From an uncultured Candidatus Saccharibacteria bacterium (GTDB lineage Bacteria; Patescibacteriota; Saccharimonadia; Saccharimonadales; Saccharimonadaceae), in contig CAYPTT010000001.1 in the NCBI GenBank assembly GCA_964413835.1, forward strand, positions 1 to 51,218: a stretch of 51,218 nt of DNA. Reading direction: 5' to 3'. The notes under the pieces were generated by a model. That model was given only the letters and a program-made list of their open reading frames with translations, did no database searches and had not been told where the DNA came from. Shown piece by piece: positions 29,969-40,215 of this stretch. Every line of letters starts with the position of its first letter. Within the stretch, counting starts at the first letter, position 1. The position numbers and the translations under genes are program-made.

Positions 29969-32900
29969 CTAACGGGCAAGAATTTGACCAATATAAGTGA
30001 TTAACTCAGTGTAAAGTTCGTGGATAAGCTCATCTTCATATTTAGCGTAGTTTCGTACTCGATTAAGGACATCTTCTTGGCTTTTAACTTGTTCTCCTTT
30101 GCGATATTGCTCAATGATTGAACTAATATGACCCATAAATGGTCTGAGTATTGTGCGTTCACTGAGAGTGTCGTAGAGTGAATTACATATATTGTCTAGA
30201 TTCATGCCGCTATTACAGATATCATAAATGTCATCGATAATATTTTGGAGGTCGTTTTGGCTAGCGACTTGTCCATCGTGGTCGAATGAGCGATTAAGAG
30301 CTTCTTGGATTTGACTAATGCTGGCGCGTGTGCCGTTGCGGCGAGGGTTTTGAGTGGAGTTGGGGTTTGAGTTATTTGAAGTGTTGGATCTAGAGTTGCC
30401 AGAATTATTAGAGTTACTAGAGTTGCTGGAGTCGCCGTTGGATTGACGATTCTTTTTGTTTGGGTAGATTGGTTCGTCTGGGATGGGTGCGTCCCATTCT
30501 TCTTCGCCCTGGATGCGGGCGCGGATAGCGGAACGGGTGTTGCGAATCATAGTGCGTAACTGGCCAGGTTCAGGGGCGTCGAAGAGGTTGAAATCTTCGT
30601 CGAGTTTTTGATCGATGGGGATGTTGGGGTTCATGTTGTCTAGGCCGGCTTGCTCAAGGGTGTTGAGGAGGTTGATGAGGGCGCTTTGAGTACCAGGTTT
30701 CTGGTTGTCAAGAATACCGGATGAAAGATTGCGATTCATCATGCCGACAAGTTTTTTGGCGACGGTAGGGATTAAACCGTGTTTGACATAGTTTTTCCGG
30801 TCATTAAGGGTGATTTTGGGATCGGTACGGTCGATTTTTTCCCAGAATTGTTCTTCTTCGCCGTTTGCGTTAGTACGAGTATTAAGACGTAGACCATGAA
30901 GTGGTAGACCGTTGACGTTGAGGAAGGTTTCGACGTCGGGGTCTTGGATAAAATCTTCAAATCTTTTGCCTTTTTCGGTACTAGTAACGCTCTCGATGAG
31001 GCTTGTCCAAGTTTTGATGGCATACTCGTCGTTGATAAGAAAGGAACCTGGTTTAGTGGCTTTGGCTAGACTATCAAGGGCGCCGATATAGAATTGTCCG
31101 GTGGTGTGAATATAACCGTTGTTAGCTTGAGCCAGGAGCATTGGGGTCATGGCAGCATCATGGTCTTTATATTTAGTACCAAGGATTTGCGCACTGATAG
31201 TGCTGTGATAGCGGCGCAAAATACCTGTGGAGTCGATGCGATCATTATAATCATCTGGCAGGTTGACGTGATATTTGTCGCGTAAGACTTGTTTTTCTTC
31301 GTCGGTAAGAGCTTTACCAATGGAGGTGACGTAGCGACGGGTAATAGGATCACCCACAGCAATGTCGTCGTTGATGGCTTCTTTCATAAAGCCGGCATCG
31401 GTAGCATAGATTTTGGAAACGATTTGACCTTGGTCGTCGGTAATCGGGAGAAAATTGATACGATCATAGTCTTTGCGTGCTTCTGGTGAAAGGGCGTCAT
31501 ATTCGGATTTGGTGAGTTCTTTGCGGGTTTTTCGATTAACACCGATATAATGTTGCCAGGTACGATGCTTGTGATAGCCTTTGCTAAGATCGTTGGGGTC
31601 AATAGGAAGCATTTTATAATCATGTCCTTGGATGACGTTGCCGTTTTCATCAGTTTCGTAGCCGTCGTCGTTCATATATTCGCTATCAAAAAGCATGGCG
31701 CGGAGTCTGGGTTTGGAATGACCAAATTTATTAAGAATAATGCGTGCTTCCCCGCGGCGACGTTGCTCGATGCGTGAGTTTTCGGAAATTACTTGACCAA
31801 TAATGGAAGATTCGCCAAGATAACCGATACTACCGCTGGCACTTTTGAATAGGTGATTAAAGCCGTATGGATTAGAATCCTGAGCGCTATAGGCTTCTTT
31901 GAAGCTTTTGAGGAGGAAGTCTTGGTCGCCCTGAGCAATATTGGCGGCACGGTATTGTTGCTTGGCGAGTTCGATGAAGGCTTGACCGGAGCGTTCACTG
32001 ATAGCTTTGGAGGTCTTGTCTTCGAAGTGTTTGCCGTAATCTTTGATAGTGTTTTCGTAATCGGACTTAGCAGAATTAGAGGATAGATCGTAGCTAGAAG
32101 CCAAAGCGGCACGTCCAGTGAGTTTGTTGGGTTTTTTCTTGTATCTGTCGGTACCATCTTTGGCTATGCCATTACGAGAGGCGAGTTTAGTGTAGGCTCG
32201 TTCAAGTGCCTTCCCCTCACGGATACGAAGAGCGTTGGCAGTATCGAGTTCGCGGAGTTTGCGGCGATAATCAAGTTCGCGACGGGCGCGAGCACCATAA
32301 GAATTAGAGGTACCAAGATGAACTTGGCGACTGCGTTCGGCGTGGGAGCCGGCCCAGTTGGCAATGCCAGCTTGGGCGGGGCTGAAGAGCTTTTTGAGGC
32401 CAGAGCTGACGCCGCCGAGAATAGTATTGGACATTTGCATGAGTTTAACACAGGCGAAGAGTGGTAAAACTTCCACGGCGAGACCGATAATAATGCCAAG
32501 GGGGTCGCCATTAGCGGCGGCGATCATAGCGCCGCCGGCGAGTTGTGAACCACCGAGTAGGAAGCTGAACATGGGGTAAAATACAAGCATACTGGTGAGA
32601 GTTTTTTTCCAAAGTTCGAAGAAACGTTCGGTATTGGGGAGAAGATAGGCGACGAATGCTAAGGGTGAGACCATAACTAGGAGGAGGACGAGGGCTTGGC
32701 GAGCAGCAAGAGTGATAAAGCCGATGACAACGGCGCCGAGGGCGCTGAGGAGGAGCGGGATAAAGACCCACAGAAGCCAGCCGAGACCGCCAACGGCGTT
32801 GATGACGATGAGGCCCGCGGCGCCGGCAATCGTGACGCCCGTTAGGGCAGATACTACATCAATCCAGACTCCGCCATCGCCGGCATTATTGCCGAGGACG

Positions 32901-33532
32901 CTTTCTTTAATGTTCATGAAGAATTCATATAAACTATTACCGATAATATTGCTAATATCAACGGCGAACATACAGATAATATAGCTAAGATTAATTAGAA
33001 TGACGGCAATAATGAGGCGTGGGAGGATACGTTTGACGCCATAATTACTCACGCCTACACCGGTGAGTTGTGAGTAGAGCACTATGAGGAGAACAATGAT
33101 AAAAACGATATTGGTGAGACGACGCATATATTGCCAAACGAGAAAGATAGGCGAATCATTGGATTGCTCGATAGGGTCGACATCTAAAAAGCCAGTAAGA
33201 TGATCGTAGATGGCATCGGTGGCTTTGGCGACAGCGATAATGACAGGGCAAACGATCCAAGAGAGGGCGCCAGATTGTTCTTGACAGAGGCCAAAGCCGC
33301 CTTCTCCGGTTTCGGTAGCGGCGCTGGCGTCGATATCGTTGGGGTCGAGTTCGGTTCCGTCGTATTCGGGGTGATAATCTTCGAGATCGCTAGGGTCAAA
33401 AGTAGGATCGAGGACACTTTCGTCTTCGCCGGGAAGGGCTCTAGCGGTAGGAAAAACAGCAAAAACAGAGGTCAAAATGAGCACCAACGCAATGGCAGGC
33501 AGCATAATCAGTCTGATAATTCGCTTTTTCAT
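29969..33532 (-). CDS. VirB6/TrbL-like polytopic membrane protein with about 800-aa C-terminal extension
   Basis: Signal peptide, KRILPRLIIAVILINLSY, ARQAL..VSPLAFVAYLLPNT..F..W; position in the T4SS cluster. Confidence 0.7.
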   Translation of the reverse strand: MKKRIIRLIMLPAIALVLILTSVFAVFPTARALPGEDESVLDPTFDPSDLEDYHPEYDGTELDPNDIDASAATETGEGGFGLCQEQSGALSWIVCPVIIAVAKATDAIYDHLTGFLDVDPIEQSNDSPIFLVWQYMRRLTNIVFIIVLLIVLYSQLTGVGVSNYGVKRILPRLIIAVILINLSYIICMFAVDISNIIGNSLYEFFMNIKESVLGNNAGDGGVWIDVVSALTGVTIAGAAGLIVINAVGGLGWLLWVFIPLLLSALGAVVIGFITLAARQALVLLLVMVSPLAFVAYLLPNTERFFELWKKTLTSMLVFYPMFSFLLGGSQLAGGAMIAAANGDPLGIIIGLAVEVLPLFACVKLMQMSNTILGGVSSGLKKLFSPAQAGIANWAGSHAERSRQVHLGTSNSYGARARRELDYRRKLRELDTANALRIREGKALERAYTKLASRNGIAKDGTDRYKKKPNKLTGRAALASSYDLSSNSAKSDYENTIKDYGKHFEDKTSKAISERSGQAFIELAKQQYRAANIAQGDQDFLLKSFKEAYSAQDSNPYGFNHLFKSASGSIGYLGESSIIGQVISENSRIEQRRRGEARIILNKFGHSKPRLRAMLFDSEYMNDDGYETDENGNVIQGHDYKMLPIDPNDLSKGYHKHRTWQHYIGVNRKTRKELTKSEYDALSPEARKDYDRINFLPITDDQGQIVSKIYATDAGFMKEAINDDIAVGDPITRRYVTSIGKALTDEEKQVLRDKYHVNLPDDYNDRIDSTGILRRYHSTISAQILGTKYKDHDAAMTPMLLAQANNGYIHTTGQFYIGALDSLAKATKPGSFLINDEYAIKTWTSLIESVTSTEKGKRFEDFIQDPDVETFLNVNGLPLHGLRLNTRTNANGEEEQFWEKIDRTDPKITLNDRKNYVKHGLIPTVAKKLVGMMNRNLSSGILDNQKPGTQSALINLLNTLEQAGLDNMNPNIPIDQKLDEDFNLFDAPEPGQLRTMIRNTRSAIRARIQGEEEWDAPIPDEPIYPNKKNRQSNGDSSNSSNSNNSGNSRSNTSNNSNPNSTQNPRRNGTRASISQIQEALNRSFDHDGQVASQNDLQNIIDDIYDICNSGMNLDNICNSLYDTLSERTILRPFMGHISSIIEQYRKGEQVKSQEDVLNRVRNYAKYEDELIHELYTELITYIGQILAR

Positions 33533-33670
33533 AGAAATATTACATCCCAATAGAGACCTAAAAATAGGCTATAGCTTAATTATAGCACACGTGGGCGAAA
33601 AAATCAAGACTTTTCTGTGGAAAAATTGAGAAATGTAGCCAGTGAATAAAAAAAATGGTAAGATTAGGGT

Positions 33671-34375
33671 ATGAAACGGAAGATTTTGGGATTTTTGGGA
33701 GGGTTAGTATTGGTTTTTGGTTTGGCATTAGCGCCAAAAACAGCTTTAGCAGCAGGAGACTGTGGGGCGCCGCATCCGATGGGATTTCGGCCATGGTTCG
33801 ATGGGTTGTGTGAGGGGTCGGGTGAAGGGGCGACTATTCAGTCGCCGGATGGCACAAAGGAGGGTATTGGAACTTTTGTTTGGACAATTGTGCTAAATGT
33901 GGTGTTTGATGTGCTTTTGGTGGTGGGGTATTTGGCGGTAGGTTTTGTGATTTATGGTGGGTATTTGTATATTGCGTCGCAAGGGGATCCGGCAAAAGCA
34001 GCCAAGGGTAAGCGGACTTTGATGACAGCAATTATTGGGGTGATTATTGCGATGGGGTCGTCAGTGATCGTGAATACAGGGACGACGATTTTGGGGATTG
34101 ATCGATCGAAAGGCTGGGAGCAGCAAATGACCGACAGTCAGTTTAATGAACAGATTCAGAATGCGTTTAATTGGGCTTATGCAATGGCAGGACTAGTGGC
34201 AGTGATTTTTATTGTGTATGGTGGCGTGACGTATTTGACGTCTCAAGGCGATCCGGCGAAGGCGAGCAAGGCAACGAGAACGATTATTTATGCGGTGGTG
34301 GGTTTGGTAATAGTGATTTTAGCATCGTTAATTACGGCTTTTGTGACAGAGTCGATAGGAGGATCGATTAAATGA
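33671..34375 (+). CDS. VirB2/TrbC-like pilin with two tandem pilin domains
   Basis: Motif AV.F(I/V).YGG..Y..SQGDPAKA.K..RT...A..G occurs twice. Confidence 0.8.
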   Translation: MKRKILGFLGGLVLVFGLALAPKTALAAGDCGAPHPMGFRPWFDGLCEGSGEGATIQSPDGTKEGIGTFVWTIVLNVVFDVLLVVGYLAVGFVIYGGYLYIASQGDPAKAAKGKRTLMTAIIGVIIAMGSSVIVNTGTTILGIDRSKGWEQQMTDSQFNEQIQNAFNWAYAMAGLVAVIFIVYGGVTYLTSQGDPAKASKATRTIIYAVVGLVIVILASLITAFVTESIGGSIK

Positions 34376-34815
34376 AAAAAATCTTGATTGGTTTGTTGAG
34401 TGGAGTGCTAATGGTGATGTTGGGTGTGGGGTCACCAATGGTATATGCGGAGAATTCTGAAACGAATGATGATTTGATTTGCGATTCTCTAGAAAGTGAA
34501 GAATTAAAAGCAGCAGCGGGTTGTGGTACGAAGGGCACGGTGCCGGATGTGTTAAGTGTGGCGATAAATGTGGTGATTTCAGTGATGGGTATTGCAGCGG
34601 TGGTTGTAATTATGTATGGTGGTTTTTTGTTATTGACAAGCACGGGTGACGCAGCAAAGGTAACTAAGGGACGGAGAGTGATTATATATGCGGTAGTGGG
34701 GCTAGTAGTAGCGATTTTGGCCTATGTGATTGTGAACTTTATTAGTAGTGCAACGGCGCCGATAACCTCTTCTGGACAAACAGCGGTAATAATGTATAAT
34801 AGTGATGTTGTATAA
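34372..34815 (+). CDS. VirB2/TrbC-like pilin
   Basis: Signal peptide, YGGFLLLTSTGDAAKVTKGRRVIIYAVVGL. Confidence 0.8.
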   Translation: MKKILIGLLSGVLMVMLGVGSPMVYAENSETNDDLICDSLESEELKAAAGCGTKGTVPDVLSVAINVVISVMGIAAVVVIMYGGFLLLTSTGDAAKVTKGRRVIIYAVVGLVVAILAYVIVNFISSATAPITSSGQTAVIMYNSDVV

Positions 34816-34896
34816 AATATATAGAAATATATAGACAATTTTTGTGAGATAATTTATAATAAAACGTAACTAGAGTAATCGAAAGGGAAAACTATA

Positions 34897-35292
34897 ATGA
34901 AAAAAATTGCATTAAATGTGATCGCTGCGGTGGTGACTGTTTTAGGATTGGGCTGTGTGGCCTCGATTTCTCCAGCTTATGCTGATGGAATTAAAGACTG
35001 TGTTGGTACAGTGGACTGCGATACGATTAAGGGGAGCGAAGAAGGTATCTTTGGTAAAGGGGATTTGATGGGGATTTTGACTGTAATTATCAACGTAGTG
35101 GTTGGTGTAGTAGGATTTATTGCAGTGGCTATGATTGTGCTAGGTGGTATTAACTTTGCGACTTCACAAGGTGATACTTCGAAAGTTACCAAAGCGCGCA
35201 ATACGATTTTGTATGGCGTGGTTGGTTTGATTGTGGCGATTCTAGCCTTCTCGATCGTGAACTTCGTTTTGGCTAACGTATTCTCTGAGTAA
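34897..35292 (+). CDS. VirB2/TrbC-like pilin
   Basis: GGINFATSQGDTSKVTKARNTILYGVVGL. Confidence 0.82.
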   Translation: MKKIALNVIAAVVTVLGLGCVASISPAYADGIKDCVGTVDCDTIKGSEEGIFGKGDLMGILTVIINVVVGVVGFIAVAMIVLGGINFATSQGDTSKVTKARNTILYGVVGLIVAILAFSIVNFVLANVFSE

Positions 35293-35327
35293 AGATACTG
35301 GTTAAGTAGAAGAGAGGTAGCTGGAAG

Positions 35328-35837
35328 ATGAGGAAGATGTTCGTGGGGGTGATGATGGTAGTGTTGAGCTTGGTGATTGCAGGCGTAATGGCTGGAGGTG
35401 AAGTATGTGCGGCTGTGTCTTGTCCGCCAGGCTCGGCAAGAGAAAATGCTGATACTTATGCGCAGTGTAATATTCGAGAAGAGGATGTTCAAGCGGTTGG
35501 CAATGGTGATATTTGGGGGACTGTGAGTACGGTATTAAACGTGGTTGTGGGAATTATGGGTATCGCAGCAGTGGCGGTAATTATCCTGGGGGCGTTTAAT
35601 TTCTTAACCTCGCAAGGAGACGCGGCCAAAGTTACAAAAGGTAAAAATACGATTATCTGGGGGATTGTGGGGTTGATTGTAGCAATTATGGCGTTTGCAA
35701 TCGTGAACTTCATTCTAGATTCGTTCTTTGGTAATGGGGCTGGGAGTGGTACTAGTGGGGGTAGTAACTCTGGTTCGGGCGGAACTTCGCAGCAGAGCAC
35801 GCAGTCGGATGGAACAGGTACTTCTGGGAATTTTTAG
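35328..35837 (+). CDS. VirB2/TrbC-like pilin with G/S-rich tail
   Basis: GAFNFLTSQGDAAKVTKGKNTIIWGIVGL. Confidence 0.8.
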   Translation: MRKMFVGVMMVVLSLVIAGVMAGGEVCAAVSCPPGSARENADTYAQCNIREEDVQAVGNGDIWGTVSTVLNVVVGIMGIAAVAVIILGAFNFLTSQGDAAKVTKGKNTIIWGIVGLIVAIMAFAIVNFILDSFFGNGAGSGTSGGSNSGSGGTSQQSTQSDGTGTSGNF

Positions 35838-36007
35838 AGATTTGTTCACCGTAAAAATATCGCTTGAGGGTGAGGGGAGGCGATATTTTTTGAGACGTTT
35901 TTTGGGTTTTAGCATTGGTTTTGGACTGATACCAAAAAGGCTCCTTCTGGTGAGGAGCGATTTTGGTGTGTGAGCTAAATAAAAATGGAATTTGATTGTC
36001 AGGTGGT

Positions 36008-36496
36008 TTACTGGATTTGAACGGTGCGAACGTTAGTGGTTTGCTCTTTGTCAAAGGTGATGGTGAGAACGCCGTCTTTGAGCTCAGCTTTGACAGAGCC
36101 TTCTTCATCCTTGACTGGAACAGGTAAAGCAATGGTACGAGAAAATTCGCCCCAGTAACATTCCTGAATATGCCAGGCGGTGGTGTTTTCATCTTCCCCG
36201 CCGCTGAGGATACCGGAAATGGTTAAAATATTATCATTAATTGTGACATTAAGATCAGATTTAGAAATGCCGGCAGTGCGTGCTTTAACCACGAGTTTGT
36301 CGGCTGTTTCGTAAACGTCAACTGCCAGTTGTCCCGGAAAATCGTCTGATACTGTTACCCACTCATCTTCGTCTGACGGTTCGTGTCCGAGGTCAGCTTT
36401 TTCTTCTGGTGCGAGCGACGTGGTCGGTTCGTCCTGAAGGAAAGCGGCTGCTAGTTCATCTTCCATCAACATGTCTTCGCTATTGGTACGAGCCAT
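36008..36496 (-). CDS. Hsp20/alpha-crystallin small heat shock protein
   Basis: AVDVYET, ECYWGEFSRTIALP, AELKDGVLTI. Confidence 0.92.
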   Translation of the reverse strand: MARTNSEDMLMEDELAAAFLQDEPTTSLAPEEKADLGHEPSDEDEWVTVSDDFPGQLAVDVYETADKLVVKARTAGISKSDLNVTINDNILTISGILSGGEDENTTAWHIQECYWGEFSRTIALPVPVKDEEGSVKAELKDGVLTITFDKEQTTNVRTVQIQ

Positions 36497-36569
36497 TGCT
36501 TGAATTACCTCCGTTAGATACTGTTATGCTTTATTATAAAGACAATTTGCGTTAAAATCAATAGTAATT

Positions 36570-37283
36570 ATGGGTTTTGATGTAAAAAATACAACAAAAT
36601 GTGGGATATTGGATTTGCTGTGCCCGTACACCTGTATGGGTTGCGGTCAACTGGGAACGATATATTGTGAATGTTGTAAAAAAAACATGCTACAAAATCA
36701 GCAGAATATTTGTCCTATCTGTAAACAAAAGCTTGCGAAAAAATGGAAATGTGATGATTGTGAAAATAAATTAGATGGAATGTTTATAGCTGGGGTGCGG
36801 GAAGGTGATTTGGGTAAATTAATAAGTGAATATAAATATCACGCAGTGCGAGCGATTGGTGAGGTATTGACAGAGATGATAGATGGAGTGATACCGAGGA
36901 ATTTTGCAAAAAAACAGGCTGGAGGGGATTTTGAGGTGGTGGTAGTTCCCTTGCCGACGATTGGTAGACATGTGAGGCAACGAGGAATAGATCATACGTG
37001 GCAAATGGGTAAAAAGTTAGCTCGGCGACGAGGGTGGCGTTGTGAGCGGGTTTTGCGGCGTGCAGCGGATACGGTGCAGGTGGGGACTAAGGCGGCGGAG
37101 CGACAAACGCAGGCAGAGCGAGCGTATGAGGTGGTGGGCAGGGTTGATAAACAAAAGAGGTGTTTGCTATTGGATGATGTATGGACGACTGGCGCGTCGA
37201 TGCTGGCGGCAGCAAGAGTGATGCGGGAGGCGGGAGCGGAGGAGGTGTTTGGGGTGGTGGTAGCGGTGTCGAAGACGAAATAA
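36570..37283 (+). CDS. comF: ComF family phosphoribosyltransferase-like competence protein
   Basis: N-terminal CxxC zinc ribbons, VPLP, RQRG, LLLDDVWTTGAS. Confidence 0.9.
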   Translation: MGFDVKNTTKCGILDLLCPYTCMGCGQLGTIYCECCKKNMLQNQQNICPICKQKLAKKWKCDDCENKLDGMFIAGVREGDLGKLISEYKYHAVRAIGEVLTEMIDGVIPRNFAKKQAGGDFEVVVVPLPTIGRHVRQRGIDHTWQMGKKLARRRGWRCERVLRRAADTVQVGTKAAERQTQAERAYEVVGRVDKQKRCLLLDDVWTTGASMLAAARVMREAGAEEVFGVVVAVSKTK

Positions 37284-37446
37284 ATAGCAACTATTGTGAT
37301 TTATTTTTCCATAGCTCAGTTGTTTTTTCGACACGGCGTTCTTCCAGCCCGTCTTTACGGGTGGAAGCCGCCTCGTCCTCGCTAGCAAGCTGCGGATGGT
37401 CTCAAAATAACTGAACTATGGAGAATAGCTAAAAAATTGCTATTTA
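37281..37446. repeat. Structured intergenic palindromic element, family copy 1
   Basis: Nested inverted repeats; core gacacg..cttc..cccgtc.ttacgggt..gaagc..ctcgtcctcg..ctgcggatggtct shared with 49462-49590. Confidence 0.75.
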
Positions 37447-37525
37447 TTGAGATTGTACGAAAGTGGGGAGTTTTAATGAGTTTTAGGCCTTTGTGGACAC
37501 CGAGAGATTTGTAGGTGGATGTGGT

Positions 37526-39169
37526 TTATTTGGCGACGCAGCGGATGGAAAGACTATTGGCGCGGGAGGTATCGTAATGGGAAACCCAAGCATTGCTGTT
37601 GATGGCGCCGGTTTGGAGGAAGTAGGCTCTGATGTTATCAGTATAGGCGGTGGATTCCCAGTAACGCCCCATATTGCCAGCGTTGGTGAGTGTAGTGCCC
37701 GAGATAGCGCCGCTATGAGTAAAGTAGAGAGGTGGAGTGGAGAGAATATCAGTGTTGTTGACTTTGGTAGGGCCAAAAATTTTGGTACCGTCACTGAGGC
37801 TGCTATGGGTTTTCCAGCCTGCGCTGATAAGGAGGCGATAATAGCTGGCGAGTTTATCTTCGCTGGCTTTGTCATTCATGCCACTTTTAGGCAGTTGCCA
37901 GCCTTTGGGGCAGATAGAGTTGGGGGCGTCGGCGGGATTGTAATTAGTGACATTGGTCCCAGGACTGACTAGATCGTTGCCGCTTTCAAGAGTGGCAGCG
38001 GACCAAGAATAATAATTCCCGACTAAATAATGTGCGTCATAGGATTGAAGAGCTGAATCTGCGGCGACAAGATCGTAGTTGGAGTCATGCCAGGTGCCGG
38101 GTGCGGCAGAGAAAGTGTTTTGCCAATTAGTAACTGCCTGGAAATTGGCGCAGTCAGCGAGCGTGAAGTTATAGAGCGAGAAACCATAGCTGGAATCACC
38201 CAGGAGACATGCGGTGGTGTCAGTGGGAGTGGCGTAGACGTATTTACCTAAATCCCAAGAACGCACCGTGGTGTTGCTGGGGTTGGGAGTAGGTGTGGCG
38301 GAGTTAAGATCGGATTGTTTAAGGGTGCTGGCTGATATTTGCCATTCTGTACCATTATTTATATCGGTTTCTCCATTAGTTAACGTCTTTCCGGCTACTA
38401 AATCGTAATCCAAATTTTGATTCATCCAACACTGGCCATCGACCATTTTGCCGATCCAGTAAGATTTGCCATCGCGGACGTCGTAGAGCTGTTTGGTAAA
38501 GCCAATCTCGGCTGTATTGCAAAGACTAGGTGTAATATCTTGCATATAAACTAACTGGCTAAGGTTAGTAATTTGCAGAGGATTGGCGACTACAGAAATT
38601 AAAACAGAATTACTATATTCCCCAGCAGGTAGGGCTGTATCGACTTTAGCGCCAAAACTTAAAGTATGTGTGTCTGCTTGGGTCATAGAATCTGTGGAAA
38701 TAAGCTCAGTGGCGGTAGTTGAGATGCCGTGATAATTATTGTCGTTAAAAGCGTAACCCCATGTGTTGTTAGTAAAACCGGCCGGTGCGGTAGATGTGGA
38801 GAGGGTAGGCACGACGGTGGTAATATGGGAGTCAGTGCTTTGGAGGTTGGTGGTAGAATCAGAAGTATTAATATAGGCGGTGTAGCCTTCGGGGTTGTTG
38901 GTGGCGATTTTTAGGGTGGTAAAGCTACTAGTAAAGGTGCCGGTGCTGGTAGGCGTAACATCTAGATTAACGGTAGAGTCTAAGGCAACGGAAACCGTGG
39001 CGGCGGCGTGGAGGGCAGCACGGACTTCGGCGGTGCGGGTGGTGTTGGTGAAAGCGTCGGCAGTGCTAGCGCAAAAGGGGCAAAGTAAAGTAATAAGTAA
39101 CAGTAGTAACGCACCGCCGGCCGTGCTGCCCAGCAGACGCGATGAGTTTAAGGTTGTTGGTTTGGTCAT
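37526..39169 (-). CDS. Secreted FISUMP-family (Fibrobacter major paralogous / CLec-fold) protein
   Basis: Signal peptide, YMQD, DVRDGKSY, CWMNQNL, GNYYSW, SICPKGWQLP, C-terminal YW...SIRCVAK; GGAGG RBS before ATG 39169. Confidence 0.85.
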   Translation of the reverse strand: MTKPTTLNSSRLLGSTAGGALLLLLITLLCPFCASTADAFTNTTRTAEVRAALHAAATVSVALDSTVNLDVTPTSTGTFTSSFTTLKIATNNPEGYTAYINTSDSTTNLQSTDSHITTVVPTLSTSTAPAGFTNNTWGYAFNDNNYHGISTTATELISTDSMTQADTHTLSFGAKVDTALPAGEYSNSVLISVVANPLQITNLSQLVYMQDITPSLCNTAEIGFTKQLYDVRDGKSYWIGKMVDGQCWMNQNLDYDLVAGKTLTNGETDINNGTEWQISASTLKQSDLNSATPTPNPSNTTVRSWDLGKYVYATPTDTTACLLGDSSYGFSLYNFTLADCANFQAVTNWQNTFSAAPGTWHDSNYDLVAADSALQSYDAHYLVGNYYSWSAATLESGNDLVSPGTNVTNYNPADAPNSICPKGWQLPKSGMNDKASEDKLASYYRLLISAGWKTHSSLSDGTKIFGPTKVNNTDILSTPPLYFTHSGAISGTTLTNAGNMGRYWESTAYTDNIRAYFLQTGAINSNAWVSHYDTSRANSLSIRCVAK

Positions 39170-39404
39170 GTTTACCTCCATGGAGTTTAGGTCACAAAAA
39201 ACTAGGCTTGACCGTGGATAACACGGAGCGGAGATTCTTGTGAGGGTTTTTGTTGATCACCGGCGGTGTCGCTAGGGCTAGTAAATATAAGGTCGCATTT
39301 ACTAATCATCTACTAAGTAAACTATGAAAAACTTGAGTAGGATGAGTTTAAGCTATTTGATTGCTGAAATAGGTTATTTTGCCAATTCTGCCAGCGTCAA
39401 ACAC

Positions 39405-39591
39405 AAAAAGCGACACCGCAAGGTGTCATACTTCCATTCGTAACCTATCCCTAGAGCATTGCTGCTCCGAAACCATGTTACTTATGCGGTGCCGCTTAAG
39501 TATGGCTTCGTTTTTAGGATAGGCGTGGAATGATATAAAATACTACCAAAAACTGGTCACGATATAAAAGTATGACATTTTTATTATAGCA
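39405..39591 (-). promoter_or_regulatory. Extended -10 promoter plus structured 5' leader RNA, copy 3
   Basis: TGCTATAAT 39591-39583; inverted repeats 39424-39433/39568-39577 and 39409-39420/39485-39496; U-tract; conserved UUUUUGGUA. Confidence 0.65.
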
Positions 39592-39626
39592 TAGGAATTT
39601 TAGAATGGATGAAAAATGTGAGGAAA

Positions 39627-39659
39627 ATTTGAACTTGTACAGCCTGTACAAGTTCAAAT
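39627..39659. repeat. Palindrome TTGAACTTGTAC-N5-GTACAAGTTCAA, copy 1 (terminator or protein-binding site)
   Basis: atttgaacttgtacagcctgtacaagttcaaat; identical arms at 48159-48187. Confidence 0.7.
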
Positions 39660-39677
39660 GGGAATCTTCCCTGTTGT

Positions 39678-40106
39678 TTAGGCGAGAAGAGTGGTGAATA
39701 AGAGCGAAGTTGACTCGGTGGTTTCGGGAGAACTGACGCTGCCGATGGCATTGAGGACGAAATTGACGATAGCGAAAGCTAAGATGGCAACGATGAGGCC
39801 GATGATGGCATAGAGAATGGTGTTTTTGGCGTCGGTGACTTTTTTGTTGTCGCCGCCAGAGAGAATGTAGCGCAGACCACCCCAAATTAACATGATGACA
39901 GAAATGGCGCCGATGACATAGAGGGCAATATTAGTAAATTTAGTAAAGACGCCGTCGGCACCGATGAGCTCGGCGGGCATATCGTCGGCGCGGGCAGCCT
40001 CGGCACCTTCGCGGACGGTGATGGCCATGGCTTTGCCGGCACAGAGCGTGGCGGTGGTGCTGATGGCAGCGACGATTTGTAAAATATTTCTGGTGAATTT
40101 TTTCAT
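39678..40106 (-). CDS. VirB2/TrbC-like pilin (stand-alone)
   Basis: SVIMLIWGGLRYILSGGDNKKVTDAKNTILYAIIGL. Confidence 0.85.
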   Translation of the reverse strand: MKKFTRNILQIVAAISTTATLCAGKAMAITVREGAEAARADDMPAELIGADGVFTKFTNIALYVIGAISVIMLIWGGLRYILSGGDNKKVTDAKNTILYAIIGLIVAILAFAIVNFVLNAIGSVSSPETTESTSLLFTTLLA

Positions 40107-40215
40107 GCTAAAAACCTATGATTTAATTATTTTACACTTCCCTTGTGTTTTATTATGTTCATTATAGCACAATTCGGCGCCGTGTAGTATATTAGAAGGA
40201 AGAAGTGAGGTATTT

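Noticed and set aside
23362-35837. Conjugative ICE
   Set aside because: No relaxase, coupling protein, integrase or att repeats; embedded next to core replication genes.
28315-39221. Long antisense ORFs (e.g. 28315-28911, 29377-29883, 34977-35492, 37493-37972)
   Set aside because: Shadow frames opposite well-supported genes.
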